A DNA stretch of 64,000 nucleotides from Escherichia phage BF15, in the sequence record MW822007.1. One strand, 5' to 3'. The notes beneath the pieces are model-generated. The model was not told the origin of the DNA, made no database searches, and saw nothing but the letters and a program-made list of their open reading frames with translations. Made by a program: the position numbers and the translations under genes. The first letter of the stretch is position 1, and each line of letters opens with the position of its first letter. This document shows positions 39,264-56,690 of the stretch, piece by piece.

Positions 39264-41246
39264 ATGGCAAATACCCCTGTAAATTATCAATTAACAAGAA
39301 CAGCAAATGCTATTCCCGAGATATTCGTCGGGGGTACATTTGCTGAAATAAAACAAAACCTCATTGAATGGCTTAATGGTCAAAATGAATTTTTGGATTA
39401 TGATTTTGAAGGCTCAAGATTAAACGTTCTGTGTGACCTTTTAGCTTATAATACATTATACATTCAGCAGTTTGGTAATGCTGCTGTGTATGAAAGCTTT
39501 ATGCGTACTGCTAACTTACGAAGTTCAGTTGTTCAAGCTGCACAAGATAACGGATATTTACCTACTTCAAAATCCGCTGCGCAGACCGAAATTATGTTAA
39601 CATGCACTGACGCATTGAATAGGAATTACATTACTATTCCTCGCGGAACTCGCTTTTTAGCATATGCAAAAGATACTTCTGTTAATCCATATAACTTCGT
39701 TTCTACCGAAGACGTTATTGCCATTCGTGATAAAAATAACCAATATTTTCCGCGTTTAAAATTGGCCCAGGGACGTATAGTAAGAACTGAAATCATTTAT
39801 GATAAATTAACACCTATTATCATTTATGATAAAAATATTGATAGAAACCAGGTTAAATTATATGTCGATGGAGCGGAATGGATTAACTGGACGAGAAAGT
39901 CAATGGTTCATGCTGGTTCAACATCAACGATTTACTATATGCGTGAAACTATTGATGGAAACACTGAATTCTATTTTGGTGAAGGTGAAATTTCTGTTAA
40001 TGCTTCTGAAGGAGCTTTGACCGCTAATTATATCGGAGGTCTTAAACCTACTCAGAACTCTACGATTGTTATTGAATACATCAGTACTAATGGCGCTGAC
40101 GCGAACGGAGCAGTCGGATTTTCATACGCAGATACATTAACAAATATAACTGTCATCAATATTAATGAAAACCCAAACGATGACCCAGATTTTGTTGGGG
40201 CAGATGGCGGCGGCGATCCAGAAGATATTGAGCGTATTCGCGAATTGGGTACTATTAAACGTGAAACCCAGCAACGCTGCGTAACTGCGACCGACTATGA
40301 TACATTCGTTTCAGAAAGATTCGGTTCTATTATTCAAGCGGTTCAGACTTTCACTGATTCTACTAAGCCTGGTTATGCATTTATTGCTGCTAAACCTAAA
40401 TCAGGATTATATTTAACTACTGTACAACGTGAAGATATTAAAAATTATCTCAAAGATTATAATTTAGCTCCTATTACACCATCAATTATTTCTCCTAATT
40501 ATCTTTTTGTTAAGACTAATTTAAAAGTCACATATGCTTTAAATAAGCTGCAAGAATCAGAACAGTGGCTAGAAGGTCAAATAATTGATAAAATTGATCG
40601 TTATTATACCGAAGATGTAGAAATTTTTAACTCATCTTTCGCTAAATCTAAGATGCTGACATACGTAGATGATGCAGATCATTCTATCATTGGCTCATCC
40701 GCGACAATTCAAATGGTACGTGAAGTACAAAACTTCTATAAAACGCCTGAAGCGGGTATTAAATACAATAATCAAATAAAAGATCGTTCTATGGAATCTA
40801 ATACGTTTTCATTTAATTCCGGACGAAAGGTTGTAAATCCTGATACTGGTTTAGAAGAAGATGTATTATACGATGTTCGTATAGTATCAACAGACCGAGA
40901 TTCTAAAGGAATTGGTAAAGTTATTATTGGTCCATTTGCTTCGGGTGATGTTACAGAAAATGAAAACATTCAGCCATATACAGGCAATGATTTTAATAAA
41001 TTAGCAAGTTCCGATGGACGCGACAAATACTACGTTATCGGTGAAATAAATTATCCAGCTGACATGATTTATTGGAATATCGCTAAAATTAATTTAACAT
41101 CCGATAAATTTGAGGTTCAGACTATTGAGCTATATTCTGATCCAATAGACGATGTTATTTTCACACGCGATGGTTCACTGATTGTATTTGAAAATGATTT
41201 ACGTCCACAATACTTAACTATCGATTTGGAGCCTATATCACAATGA
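39264..41246 (+). CDS. 6: baseplate wedge protein gp6
   Basis: 660 aa as in T4. Confidence 0.9.
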   Translation: MANTPVNYQLTRTANAIPEIFVGGTFAEIKQNLIEWLNGQNEFLDYDFEGSRLNVLCDLLAYNTLYIQQFGNAAVYESFMRTANLRSSVVQAAQDNGYLPTSKSAAQTEIMLTCTDALNRNYITIPRGTRFLAYAKDTSVNPYNFVSTEDVIAIRDKNNQYFPRLKLAQGRIVRTEIIYDKLTPIIIYDKNIDRNQVKLYVDGAEWINWTRKSMVHAGSTSTIYYMRETIDGNTEFYFGEGEISVNASEGALTANYIGGLKPTQNSTIVIEYISTNGADANGAVGFSYADTLTNITVININENPNDDPDFVGADGGGDPEDIERIRELGTIKRETQQRCVTATDYDTFVSERFGSIIQAVQTFTDSTKPGYAFIAAKPKSGLYLTTVQREDIKNYLKDYNLAPITPSIISPNYLFVKTNLKVTYALNKLQESEQWLEGQIIDKIDRYYTEDVEIFNSSFAKSKMLTYVDDADHSIIGSSATIQMVREVQNFYKTPEAGIKYNNQIKDRSMESNTFSFNSGRKVVNPDTGLEEDVLYDVRIVSTDRDSKGIGKVIIGPFASGDVTENENIQPYTGNDFNKLASSDGRDKYYVIGEINYPADMIYWNIAKINLTSDKFEVQTIELYSDPIDDVIFTRDGSLIVFENDLRPQYLTIDLEPISQ

Positions 41247-44200
41247 CAGTAAAAGCACCTTCAGTCACTAGTCTCAGAATTTCCAAGTTATCCGCAAATC
41301 AGGTGCAAGTACGCTGGGATGACGTTGGTGCTAATTTCTACTATTTTGTAGAAATCGCTGAGACAAAAACAAACTCGGGAGAAAATCTCCCGAGTAATCA
41401 ATACAAATGGATTAACTTAGGATATACTGCAAATAACAGCTTCTTTTTTGATAATGCTAATCCATTGACATCGTACATTATTAGAGTAGCTACAGCTGCG
41501 CAGGATTTTGAGCAGTCTGATTGGATTTATACTGAAGAGTTTGAAACTTTTGCTACAAACGCTTATACATTTCAAAACATGATTGAAATGCAATTAGCTA
41601 ATAAATTCATTCAGGAAAAATTTACTCTTAATAATTCTGACTATGTCAATTTTAACAATGACACTATAATGGCTGCATTGATGAATGAATCGTTTCAATT
41701 CAGCCCATCATATGTTGATGTTTCATCAATAAGTAATTTTATTATTGGTGAAAATGAGTATCATGAAATACAAGGTTCTATTCAGCAAGTATGTAAGGAT
41801 ATTAACCGAGTTTATTTGATGGAATCAGAAGGGATTCTATATCTTTTTGAGCGTTATCAACCTGTAGTTAAAGTATCTAATGATAAAGGACAAACCTGGA
41901 AAGCTGTAAAGCTCTTCAATGACCGTGTAGGATATCCTTTATCTAAGACTGTATATTACCAATCTGCAAACACAACATACGTTCTAGGATACGACAAGAT
42001 TTTCTATGGCCGCAAATCTACTGATGTTAGATGGTCAGCTGATGATGTCAGATTTAGTTCGCAGGATATAACATTTGCTAAACTTGGCGACCAATTACAT
42101 CTAGGATTTGATGTAGAAATTTTTGCCACTTACGCGACTTTGCCAGCTAATGTATACCGCATTGCAGAAGCTATTACTTGCACCGATGATTACATTTACG
42201 TTGTCGCCAGAGACAAAGTTAGATACATAAAAACGAGTAATGCACCTATAGATTCTGACCCATTATCTCCAACATATTCGGAACGGCTATTTGAACCTGA
42301 TACGATGACTATAACCGGAAATCCTAAAGCAGTATGTTATAAAATGGATTCTATTGGTGATAAAGTTTTTGCTCTTATTATCGGAGAAGTTGAAACATTA
42401 AATGCTAATCCTAGAACATCAAAAATAATTGATTCTGCTGATAAAGGAATATATGTTTTAAATCATGGCACGAAAACATGGAAAAGAGTTTTTGGCAACA
42501 CTGAAGAAGAAAGAAGACGTATTCAACCTGGATATGCGAATATGTCAACTGATGGTAAATTAGTTTCTCTGTCTTCGAGTAATTTTAAATTTTTAAGCGA
42601 TAACATTGTTAATGACCCTGAAACTGCAGCGAAATATCAGTTAATCGGTGCTGTTAAATATGAATTTCCTCGTGAATGGCTAGCTGATAAGCATTATCAT
42701 ATGATGGCATTTATAGCAGATGAAAAATCTGATTGGGAAACTTTTACACCTCAGCCGATGAAATACTATGCAGAACCATTCTTTAACTGGTCTAAAAAAT
42801 CTAACACACGCTGTTGGATAAACAACTCTGACAGAGCTGTAGTAGTTTATGCTGATTTAAAATACACTAAAGTTATAGAAAATATTCCGGAAACATCGCC
42901 AGATAGATTAGTTCATGAATACTGGGATGATGGTGATTGTACGATAGTAATGCCAAATGTTAAATTCACGGGATTTAAAAAATACGCGTCTGGGATGCTT
43001 TTTTATAAGTCTTCTGGTGAAATAATTTCTTACTATGATTTTAACTATCGAGTGAGAGACACGGTTGAAATAATTTGGAAGCCAACTGGAATATTTTTAA
43101 AAGCATTTTTACAAAACCAAGAGCGTGAAACTCCTTGGTCCCCGGAAGAAGAGCATGGATTAGCTGATCCTGATTTAAGACCATTGATTGGCACAATGAT
43201 GCCTGATTCTTATTTGCTACAGGATTCTAATTTTGAGGCATTCTGCGAAGCATATATTCAGTATCTTTCTGATGGATATGGAACTCAATATAATAATTTA
43301 CGAAATTTAATTCGTAACCAATATCCGCGAGAAGAGCACGCGTGGGAATATTTGTGGTCAGAGATATATAAAAGAAACATTTATTTAAATGCTGATAAAC
43401 GTGATGCTGTTGCAAGATTTTTTGAATCACGTAGCTATGATTTTTATTCTACTAAAGGAATTGAAGCATCATACAAATTTCTTTTTAAAGTTCTTTATAA
43501 TGAAGAAGTTGAAATTGAAATTGAATCTGGAGCTGGTACTGAATATGATATAATCGTTCAATCTGATTCTTTAACCGAAGACTTAGTAGGACAAACGATT
43601 TATACAGCTACAGGAAGATGTAATGTTACTTATATAGAAAGAAGCTATTCTAATGGTAAATTGCAATGGACCGTAACTATTCATAATCTTTTGGGAAGAT
43701 TAATTGCCGGTCAAGAAGTTAAAGCAGAAAGACTCCCTAGTTTCGAAGGCGAAATTATTCGCGGGGTTAAAGGAAAGGATTTGCTTCAAAATAATATAGA
43801 CTATATTAATAGAAGTAGATCATATTATGTAATGAAAATTAAATCCAATTTACCTTCTTCCCGCTGGAAATCTGACGTTATTCGTTTTGTTCATCCAGTA
43901 GGATTTGGATTTATAGCAATTACCCTTTTAACAATGTTTATTAATGTTGGTTTAACTCTTAAACACACAGAGACTATAATTAATAAATACAAAAACTATA
44001 AATGGGATTCTGGATTGCCTACTGAATATGCTGATAGAGTAGCCAAATTGACTCCAACTGGTGAAATTGAGCATGATTCAGTAACAGGCGAAGCAATTTA
44101 TGAACCTGGCCCAATGGCTGGTGTAGAATATCCTCTTCCTGATGACTATAATGCTGAAAATAATAATTCAATATTTCAAGGTCAATTGCCGTCTGAACGA

Positions 44201-44341
44201 CGTAAATTAATGAGTCCTTTATTTGATGCATCTGGAACAACATTTGCGCAATTTAGAGATTTAGTTAATAAACGTCTAAAAGATAATATAGGAAATCCAA
44301 GAGACCCTGAAAATCCAACACAGGTTAAAATAGATGAATGA
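41243..44341 (+). CDS. 7: baseplate wedge initiator gp7
   Basis: 1032 aa as in T4. Confidence 0.9.
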   Translation: MTVKAPSVTSLRISKLSANQVQVRWDDVGANFYYFVEIAETKTNSGENLPSNQYKWINLGYTANNSFFFDNANPLTSYIIRVATAAQDFEQSDWIYTEEFETFATNAYTFQNMIEMQLANKFIQEKFTLNNSDYVNFNNDTIMAALMNESFQFSPSYVDVSSISNFIIGENEYHEIQGSIQQVCKDINRVYLMESEGILYLFERYQPVVKVSNDKGQTWKAVKLFNDRVGYPLSKTVYYQSANTTYVLGYDKIFYGRKSTDVRWSADDVRFSSQDITFAKLGDQLHLGFDVEIFATYATLPANVYRIAEAITCTDDYIYVVARDKVRYIKTSNAPIDSDPLSPTYSERLFEPDTMTITGNPKAVCYKMDSIGDKVFALIIGEVETLNANPRTSKIIDSADKGIYVLNHGTKTWKRVFGNTEEERRRIQPGYANMSTDGKLVSLSSSNFKFLSDNIVNDPETAAKYQLIGAVKYEFPREWLADKHYHMMAFIADEKSDWETFTPQPMKYYAEPFFNWSKKSNTRCWINNSDRAVVVYADLKYTKVIENIPETSPDRLVHEYWDDGDCTIVMPNVKFTGFKKYASGMLFYKSSGEIISYYDFNYRVRDTVEIIWKPTGIFLKAFLQNQERETPWSPEEEHGLADPDLRPLIGTMMPDSYLLQDSNFEAFCEAYIQYLSDGYGTQYNNLRNLIRNQYPREEHAWEYLWSEIYKRNIYLNADKRDAVARFFESRSYDFYSTKGIEASYKFLFKVLYNEEVEIEIESGAGTEYDIIVQSDSLTEDLVGQTIYTATGRCNVTYIERSYSNGKLQWTVTIHNLLGRLIAGQEVKAERLPSFEGEIIRGVKGKDLLQNNIDYINRSRSYYVMKIKSNLPSSRWKSDVIRFVHPVGFGFIAITLLTMFINVGLTLKHTETIINKYKNYKWDSGLPTEYADRVAKLTPTGEIEHDSVTGEAIYEPGPMAGVEYPLPDDYNAENNNSIFQGQLPSERRKLMSPLFDASGTTFAQFRDLVNKRLKDNIGNPRDPENPTQVKIDE

Positions 44342-45338
44342 TTCAAGTGTTATCTATCGTGCGATAGTTACTTCAAAATTTAGAACAGAAAAAATGTTGA
44401 ATTTTTATAATTCAATTGGAAGTGGTCCGGATAAAAACACTATCTTTATTACATTTGGAAGATCAGAACCGTGGTCATCAAACGAAAATGAGGTGGGATT
44501 TGCCCCACCTTATCCCACCGATTCTGTGTTAGGTGTAACTGACATGTGGACTCATATGATGGGAACCGTGAAGGTTCTTCCATCTATGCTTGATGCAGTT
44601 ATTCCTCGTCGAGATTGGGGAGATACTAGATATCCGGATCCATACACATTTAGAATTAACGATATTGTAGTGTGTAACTCAGCTCCTTACAACGCTACCG
44701 AATCAGGCGCAGGCTGGTTAGTATATCGTTGTTTAGATGTTCCTGATACTGGAATGTGCTCAATTGAGTCTTTAACTAATAAGGATGAATGCCTTAAGCT
44801 AGGTGGAAAATGGACTCCTTCTGTTAGGTCAATGACTCCTCCTGAAGGTCGAGGAGACGCGGAAGGAACAATCGAACCTGGAGACGGGTATGTATGGGAA
44901 TATCTTTTTGAGATTCCGCCTGATGTATCTATAAACAGATGCACGAATGAATATATCGTGGTTCCTTGGCCCGAGGAATTAAAAGAAGACCCGACTAGAT
45001 GGGGGTATGAAGATAACCTCACTTGGCAGCAAGATGATTTTGGATTAATTTACCGGGTTAAGGCAAATACTATTCGTTTTAAAGCATACTTAGATTCAGT
45101 TTATTTTCCTGAAGCTGCATTGCCAGGAAATAAAGGATTTAGACAAATATCGATAATCACGAATCCTCTTGAAGCTAAAGTTCATCCAAATGACCCAAAC
45201 GTTAAAGCTGAAAAGGATTACTATGATCCGGAAGATTTAATGAGGCATTCGGGCGAAATGATTTATATGGAAAATAGGCCACCTATTATTATGGCAATGG
45301 ATCAAACAGAAGAAATCAATATTCTGTTTACATTTTAA
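44334..45338 (+). CDS. 8: baseplate wedge protein gp8
   Basis: 334 aa. Confidence 0.9.
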   Translation: MNDSSVIYRAIVTSKFRTEKMLNFYNSIGSGPDKNTIFITFGRSEPWSSNENEVGFAPPYPTDSVLGVTDMWTHMMGTVKVLPSMLDAVIPRRDWGDTRYPDPYTFRINDIVVCNSAPYNATESGAGWLVYRCLDVPDTGMCSIESLTNKDECLKLGGKWTPSVRSMTPPEGRGDAEGTIEPGDGYVWEYLFEIPPDVSINRCTNEYIVVPWPEELKEDPTRWGYEDNLTWQQDDFGLIYRVKANTIRFKAYLDSVYFPEAALPGNKGFRQISIITNPLEAKVHPNDPNVKAEKDYYDPEDLMRHSGEMIYMENRPPIIMAMDQTEEINILFTF

Positions 45339-45343
45339 ATTAA

Positions 45344-45370
45344 GGGAGCCCATGGGCTCCCTTTTTCTTT
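45344..45370 (+). terminator. rho-independent terminator after gene 8
   Basis: GGGAGCCC-ATG-GGCTCCC then TTTTTCTTT. Confidence 0.75.
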
Positions 45371-45377
45371 ATAAATA
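45370..45377 (+). promoter_or_regulatory. late promoter TATAAATA for gene 9
   Basis: exact TATAAATA 25 nt upstream of the ATG. Confidence 0.6.
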
Positions 45378-45401
45378 CTATAAACTCATAAGGAAACCGC
45401 T

Positions 45402-46268
45402 ATGTTCATTCAAGAACCAAAGAAATTGATTGATACCGGCGAAATTGGTAACGCTTCTACTGGTGATATCTTATTCGACGGTGGTAATAAAATTAATAGT
45501 GATTTTAATGCAATTTATAACGCGTTTGGCGATCAGCGTAAAATGGCAGTAGCAAATGGTACTGGTGCTGACGGCCAAATTATCCATGCTACTGGATATT
45601 ATCAAAAGCATTCTATCACAGAGTACGCAACTCCGGTGAAAGTTGGTACTAGGCATGATATTGATACCTCTACTGTTGGTGTTAAAGTTATCATTGAAAG
45701 AGGAGAACTCGGTGACTGTGTTGAATTCATTAATTCTAACGGATCGATATCAGTTACTAATCCTTTAACAATTCAAGCCATTGATTCAATTAAAGGTGTT
45801 TCAGGTAATTTGGTAGTAACTAGCCCATATAGTAAAGTTACTTTACGTTGTATTTCATCTGATAATTCTACGTCAGTTTGGAATTATTCTATTGAAAGTA
45901 TGTTTGGCCAAAAGGAATCACCGGTCGAAGGTACATGGAATATTTCTACATCTGGGTCAGTTGACATTCCATTATTTCATCGTACTGAATATAACATGGC
46001 TAAATTGCTAGTTACTTGTCAATCGGTAGATGGAAGAAAAATTAAAACGGCAGAAATAAATATTCTTGTAGATACTGTTAATTCAACGGTCATTTCTTCT
46101 GAATATGCTGTCATGCGGGTTGGGAATGAAACCGAAGAAGACGAAATCGCTAATATTGCATTTAGTATTAAAGAAAATTATGTAACGGCGACTATAAGTT
46201 CTTCAACTGTCGGTATGAGAGCAGCAGTTAAAGTTATCGCTACGCAGAAAATCGGGGTGGCTCAATAA
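45402..46268 (+). CDS. 9: baseplate wedge / long-tail-fibre socket gp9
   Basis: 288 aa. Confidence 0.9.
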   Translation: MFIQEPKKLIDTGEIGNASTGDILFDGGNKINSDFNAIYNAFGDQRKMAVANGTGADGQIIHATGYYQKHSITEYATPVKVGTRHDIDTSTVGVKVIIERGELGDCVEFINSNGSISVTNPLTIQAIDSIKGVSGNLVVTSPYSKVTLRCISSDNSTSVWNYSIESMFGQKESPVEGTWNISTSGSVDIPLFHRTEYNMAKLLVTCQSVDGRKIKTAEINILVDTVNSTVISSEYAVMRVGNETEEDEIANIAFSIKENYVTATISSSTVGMRAAVKVIATQKIGVAQ

Positions 46269-48073
46269 TGAAACAAAATATTAATATCGGTAATGTTGTT
46301 GATGATGGTACCGGTGACTACCTGCGTAAAGGTGGTATAAAAATAAATGAAAACTTTGATGAGCTTTATTATGAACTTGGTGATGGAGATGTTCCATATT
46401 CAGCCGGTGCCTGGAAAACTTATGATGCTTCATCTGGTCAAACACTAACGGCAGAATGGGGAAAATCATACGCTATTAATACCTCTTCTGGAAGAGTAAC
46501 TCTACAACTTCCTAAAGGAACTGTCAATGATTACAACAAGGTAATTAGAGCCAGGGATGTATTTGCAACGTGGAACATCAATCCAGTTACACTAGTAGCT
46601 GCTTCCGGAGATACAATTAAAGGGTCGTCATCATCAGTTGAAATTAATATTCAATTTAGTGATTTAGAGCTCGTTTATTGCGCTCCAGGACGCTGGGAGT
46701 ATGTCAAAAATAAGCAAATTGATAAAATTATTAGTTCAGACATTAGTAATGTAGCTCGCAAAGAATTTTTAGTTGAAGTTCAAGGACAAACAGACTTTTT
46801 AGATGTTTTCAATGGAACTAGTTATAATGTCAATAACATCAGAGTAAAACATCGTGGTAACGAATTGTATTACGGTGATGTATTTAGCGAAAACAGTGAC
46901 TTTGGCTCTCCGGGCGAAAATGAAGGCGAATTAGTTCCTCTTGATGGATTTAATATTCGATTAAGACAGCCTTGTAATATTGGTGACACCGTTCAAATTG
47001 AAACATTTATGGATGGTGTATCACAATGGAGAAGTTCATATACTAGACGCCAAATAAAAGTACTAGATTCAAAACTAACATCAAAGACTTCATTAGAAGG
47101 AAGTATTTACGTTACTGATTTATCGGCGATGAAATCAATTCCATTTTCTGCATTTGGATTAATTCCTGGTGAACCCATTAATCCTAACTCTCTTGAGGTT
47201 CGTTTTAATGGAATTTTACAGCAGCAGGCTGGAACAGCTGGATATCCTCTGTTTTTGTGTGAAGGCGCTAATTCAGACACGCAAGAAGGATGTATATCTC
47301 TTGGTGGCGAATGGAAAGAATCAAACACCGATTATTCTATAGAATATGAAGACGGAAAACCTATCAGTCTTTTATTTGATAGAAAATTTGAATCCGGTGA
47401 CATTATCGTTATAACATGGTTCAATAATGATTTAGGAACTCTTTTAGAAAAAGATGACATCATTGAATTGACTGATGACCGTTATGTTAGTAAAGGATCA
47501 TCTACCGAAGTTACTGGTGATGTAGCCTTAACAGATTTTGATAAAATCGGTTGGCCAAATGTTGAAAAAGTTGATTCTTATACTAGAACGTATAATTCAA
47601 TATCATCTATTTTCGATAGCATTTATCCTGTAGGTTCAATTTATGAAAATGCTATAAATCCAAATAATCCGGTGACTTATATGGGATTTGGTTCATGGAA
47701 ATTATTTGGTAAAGGACAAGTTTTAGTAGGATGGAATGATGATGTTACGGATCCAAACTTTGCTTTAAACAATAATGATTTAGATTCTAGCGGAAATCCT
47801 TCACATACTGCCGGTGGAACAGTTGGAACAACATCAGTAACGCTTGAAAACGCAAATCTTCCTGCAACTAAAACCGACGAAAGAGTTTTAATTGAAGACG
47901 AAAATGGATCGGTTATTATTGGAGGTTGCCAATATGACCCAGACGAAACTGGTCCTATATATACAAAATATCGTGAAGACTATGCAACAACAAACTCTTC
48001 ACATACTCCTCCTGCTAATATTAGTAATATTCAACCGTCTATTACTGTATACCGTTGGATAAGGATTGCATAA
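46268..48073 (+). CDS. 10: baseplate wedge / short-fibre attachment gp10
   Basis: 601 aa. Confidence 0.9.
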   Translation: MKQNINIGNVVDDGTGDYLRKGGIKINENFDELYYELGDGDVPYSAGAWKTYDASSGQTLTAEWGKSYAINTSSGRVTLQLPKGTVNDYNKVIRARDVFATWNINPVTLVAASGDTIKGSSSSVEINIQFSDLELVYCAPGRWEYVKNKQIDKIISSDISNVARKEFLVEVQGQTDFLDVFNGTSYNVNNIRVKHRGNELYYGDVFSENSDFGSPGENEGELVPLDGFNIRLRQPCNIGDTVQIETFMDGVSQWRSSYTRRQIKVLDSKLTSKTSLEGSIYVTDLSAMKSIPFSAFGLIPGEPINPNSLEVRFNGILQQQAGTAGYPLFLCEGANSDTQEGCISLGGEWKESNTDYSIEYEDGKPISLLFDRKFESGDIIVITWFNNDLGTLLEKDDIIELTDDRYVSKGSSTEVTGDVALTDFDKIGWPNVEKVDSYTRTYNSISSIFDSIYPVGSIYENAINPNNPVTYMGFGSWKLFGKGQVLVGWNDDVTDPNFALNNNDLDSSGNPSHTAGGTVGTTSVTLENANLPATKTDERVLIEDENGSVIIGGCQYDPDETGPIYTKYREDYATTNSSHTPPANISNIQPSITVYRWIRIA

Positions 48074-48732
48074 TGAGTTTACTTAATAATAAAGCGGGAG
48101 TTATTTCCCGCTTAGCAGATTTTCTTGGTTTTAGAACTAAGAAAAATGATATTTCGGTTATGAATAATCAGCCAGTAGGTGCTGTAACAATTTCACAAAT
48201 AGCAAAAGGGTTTTATGACCCAAATGTAGAATCTGCTATTAATGATGTTAGAAATATGGCAGAGCAACAGGTTGGAGCTGTATTAGTTAATATAAGTGGC
48301 GTATCTCCTACTGGCGTGCAGCAAACAGACTATTGGTCATTTGAAGGAACTGTCAATGATACTTCAGCCAAACCAGGTGACCCAGTTATTGTTAATATGT
48401 TTGGCATTCCTGTTAAAGCTACTAACGGAATGACTTCAATCGAATTTACCAGTGCCGTTAGAACAGCTCTGCAGGAAATGGTTGCAAAATTTATTGCAAT
48501 TGATTCATTTGAAGACCATCCTACCATAGGAAATAAAATACAAGTTAAGTATTTAGATAACCAAGAACATATCTTAGAACAATACTCTGATAAAGGAATT
48601 ACTTTCAAACAAGAAATAATTTCTCCTTCTAAACCTGGATACGGAACTTGGCAATTATTAGGTGCGCAAACTGTCACGCTAGATAGTCACACACAACCTA
48701 CGGTATTTTATTATTTTGAGAGAATAGCATGA
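48073..48732 (+). CDS. 11: baseplate wedge protein gp11
   Basis: start at TAATG overlap with gene 10 giving 219 aa (MSLLNNKAG). Confidence 0.88.
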   Translation: MSLLNNKAGVISRLADFLGFRTKKNDISVMNNQPVGAVTISQIAKGFYDPNVESAINDVRNMAEQQVGAVLVNISGVSPTGVQQTDYWSFEGTVNDTSAKPGDPVIVNMFGIPVKATNGMTSIEFTSAVRTALQEMVAKFIAIDSFEDHPTIGNKIQVKYLDNQEHILEQYSDKGITFKQEIISPSKPGYGTWQLLGAQTVTLDSHTQPTVFYYFERIA

Positions 48733-50279
48733 GTAACAATACATATCAGCACGTATCAAATGAATCAAAATATGTTAAATTCGATCCTACTGGATCGAAT
48801 TTTCCTGACACTGTCACGACAGTGCAGTCTGCATTATCAAAAATAAGTAATATCGGCGTAAATGGTATTCCTGATGCAACTATGGAAGTTAAAGGAATAG
48901 CAATGATTGCGTCAGAGCAAGAGGTTTTAGATGGAACTAATAATTCTAAAATCGTTACACCAGCTACATTAGCAACAAGATTATTGTATCCAAATGCTAC
49001 TGAAACTAAGTATGGTTTAACGCGCTATTCAACAAATGAAGAAACATTAGAAGGCTCAGATAATAATTCATCAATAACGCCGCAAAAACTGAAATACCAT
49101 ACTGACGATGTGTTCCAAAATAGATATTCGTCTGAGTCATCAAACGGGGTTATTAAAATATCATCTACACCTGCAGCTTTAGCTGGAGTTGATGATACTA
49201 CGGCAATGACTCCATTAAAAACACAAAAACTTGCAATAAAATTAATTTCACAAATAGCTCCTTCCGAAGATACTGCATCAGAATCTGTGAGAGGTGTAGT
49301 TCAATTATCTACTGTTGCGCAAACTCGTCAAGGAACTCTCCGCGAAGGATATGCAATTTCTCCGTATACCTTTATGAATTCTGTTGCAACACAAGAATAT
49401 AAGGGTGTTATACGTTTAGGAACACAATCGGAAATTAACAGTAATTTAGGAGATGTTGCAGTAACGGGTGAAACACTAAATGGTCGAGGAGCTACTGGTT
49501 CTATGCGTGGAGTAGTTAAATTAACGACGCAAGCCGGTATTGCCCCTGAAGGTGATAGCTCTGGTGCATTAGCATGGAACGCAGATGTAATTAATACTCG
49601 TGGTGGACAAACTATTAATGGTTCTTTAAATTTAGACCATCTTACAGCAAACGGAATTTGGTCGCGCGGCGGAATGTGGAAAAATGGCGATCAACCTGTT
49701 GCCACTGAAAGATATGCGTCCGAAAGAGTTCCAGTTGGAACTATTATGATGTTTGCAGGTGATTCAGCACCTCCGGGTTGGATTATGTGCCACGGCGGAA
49801 CCGTGTCAGGAGACCAATATCCTGATTATAGAAACACGGTTGGAGCAAGATTTGGTGGTGATTGGAATAATCCAGGGATTCCTGATATGAGAGGTCTTTT
49901 TGTTAGAGGAGCTGGCACGGGCGGTCATATTTTAAATCAACGTGGACAAGATGGTTATGGGAAGGATAGACTTGGCGTAGGATGTGACGGAATGCATGTT
50001 GGTGGTGTTCAGGCACAACAAATGTCATACCATAAACACGCTGGTGGTTGGGGAGAATACCAAAGACATGAAGCTCCATTTGGCGCGTCCGTTTATCAAG
50101 GATATCTTGGAACTAGAAAATATTCCGACTGGGATAATGCTTCATACTTCACTAATGATGGATTTGAATTGGGTGGACCGAGAGATGCCCTTGGTACACT
50201 TAATCGTGAAGGATTAATTGGTTATGAAACTAGACCATGGAATATATCATTAAACTATATTATTAAAATTCATTACTAA
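48729..50279 (+). CDS. 12: short tail fibre gp12
   Basis: 516 aa; repetitive Thr/Gly-rich shaft. Confidence 0.88.
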   Translation: MSNNTYQHVSNESKYVKFDPTGSNFPDTVTTVQSALSKISNIGVNGIPDATMEVKGIAMIASEQEVLDGTNNSKIVTPATLATRLLYPNATETKYGLTRYSTNEETLEGSDNNSSITPQKLKYHTDDVFQNRYSSESSNGVIKISSTPAALAGVDDTTAMTPLKTQKLAIKLISQIAPSEDTASESVRGVVQLSTVAQTRQGTLREGYAISPYTFMNSVATQEYKGVIRLGTQSEINSNLGDVAVTGETLNGRGATGSMRGVVKLTTQAGIAPEGDSSGALAWNADVINTRGGQTINGSLNLDHLTANGIWSRGGMWKNGDQPVATERYASERVPVGTIMMFAGDSAPPGWIMCHGGTVSGDQYPDYRNTVGARFGGDWNNPGIPDMRGLFVRGAGTGGHILNQRGQDGYGKDRLGVGCDGMHVGGVQAQQMSYHKHAGGWGEYQRHEAPFGASVYQGYLGTRKYSDWDNASYFTNDGFELGGPRDALGTLNREGLIGYETRPWNISLNYIIKIHY

Positions 50280-50288
50280 GGATTACAA

Positions 50289-51746
50289 ATGATTGAATTA
50301 AAAGAGTTACCTTTTGTTGATAGCGTTCCTGGCGAAGGTCAGGAACGTATTTCATGGATTAAAAATGGTGAAGAAATATTAGGAGCTAGTACTAAGTATG
50401 GAAACGATGGGTCAATGAATAGACCAACTGTTTCTGTGTTTAAAAATGTCGAGGTTCTCGACGAAAATGTAGGAATTCTTAAAACTGCCATTGAAACATC
50501 TCAGGAAGATATTAAAACCATTCAAGGCATTTTAGATGTATCAGGAGATATAGAAGCGCTATCACAGATTAGTGTTAATAAAAATGATATATCAAATTTA
50601 AAGACACTCACGAATGAACATACTGATATATTAAATGGTACAAATACTACGGTTGATAATATTCTTTCTGACATTGGTCCATTTAATTCGCAAGCAAATT
50701 CAGTTTATAGAACGATTAGAAATGATTTGTTATGGATTAAAAGGGAATTAGGACAATATGCTGGACAAGACATTAATGGTCTTCCTGTTGTAGGAAATAG
50801 CAGCACGGGTATGAAGCACCGCATCATTAATAATACAGATGCTATAACTTCCCAAGGAATACGTCTAAGTGATTTGGAAGAAAAATTTATTGAATCTGAT
50901 GTAGGTTCACTGACAATTGAAGTCGGAAATCTTAGACAAGAACTTGGACAAAGACCATCTTCATTCAGTGAAAGCATATATTCACGTGTGCATAATTTAG
51001 ATCAATCTCAGATTAATCTTAGTTCCGAAATTAAATCTATCAAAACTTCTATTGGATATCCAGGAAATACTTCAATAATCACAGATGTTAACACTAATAC
51101 ACGAGAAGTTTCAGCTTTAAATGATGAACTAAATAAAAGCGGAGGTATTAAACAACGATTGACTGTCATTGAAACATCAATTGGCTCAGATGATATTCCT
51201 TCTAGTATTAAAGGTCAAATTAAAGATAATACCACATCAATTGAGTTTTTAAATGGAATTGTTGGTGAAAACACTTCATCTGGACTACGAGCAAACGTTT
51301 CATGGCTAAACCAAATCGTTGGAACTGATTCTAGTGGAGGTCAGCCTTCTCCTCCTGGGTCTCTTTTAAATAGAGTTTCAACAGTTGAAACTTCAGTTAA
51401 TAGACTGAACAATGATGTTCAAAACTTACAAGTTGAAATTGGTAATAACACTACTGGAATTAAAGGCCAAGTTGTTGCATTAAATAAACTAGTAAGCGGC
51501 ACAAATCCAAATGGTTCAACAGTAGAAGAGCGCGGATTAACTAATTCAATAAAAGCTAATGAAACTAACATTTCTTCTATTAATCAAGAAATGCGTAGTA
51601 TTAAAAGTAATGTATCTTCATTACAGGGGGATGTTCAGACTTTACAGGAAGCAGGTTATATTCCTGAAGCTCCAAAAGATGGCCAAGCTTACGTTCGTAA
51701 AGACGGCGAATGGGTACTACTTTCTACCTTTTTATCACCAGCATAA
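50289..51746 (+). CDS. wac: fibritin (whisker)
   Basis: 485 aa; segmented coiled coil; C-terminal foldon [27 protein letters not shown]. Confidence 0.92.
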   Translation: MIELKELPFVDSVPGEGQERISWIKNGEEILGASTKYGNDGSMNRPTVSVFKNVEVLDENVGILKTAIETSQEDIKTIQGILDVSGDIEALSQISVNKNDISNLKTLTNEHTDILNGTNTTVDNILSDIGPFNSQANSVYRTIRNDLLWIKRELGQYAGQDINGLPVVGNSSTGMKHRIINNTDAITSQGIRLSDLEEKFIESDVGSLTIEVGNLRQELGQRPSSFSESIYSRVHNLDQSQINLSSEIKSIKTSIGYPGNTSIITDVNTNTREVSALNDELNKSGGIKQRLTVIETSIGSDDIPSSIKGQIKDNTTSIEFLNGIVGENTSSGLRANVSWLNQIVGTDSSGGQPSPPGSLLNRVSTVETSVNRLNNDVQNLQVEIGNNTTGIKGQVVALNKLVSGTNPNGSTVEERGLTNSIKANETNISSINQEMRSIKSNVSSLQGDVQTLQEAGYIPEAPKDGQAYVRKDGEWVLLSTFLSPA

Positions 51747-51749
51747 CAT

Positions 51750-51776
51750 GGGGCCGCAAGGCCCCAAAGGATTTTT
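51750..51776 (+). terminator. probable terminator after wac
   Basis: GGGGCC-GCAA-GGCCCC followed by AAAGGATTTTT. Confidence 0.5.
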
Positions 51777-51778
51777 AA

Positions 51779-53486
<1,708 letters not shown>

Positions 53487-53521
53487 TTATAAACTAATTA
53501 AAGCCCAGATTAGGAGAAATC

Positions 53522-56662
<3,141 letters not shown>

Positions 56663-56690
56663 TATTAAAGCATATTAAAGAGGATTAAAA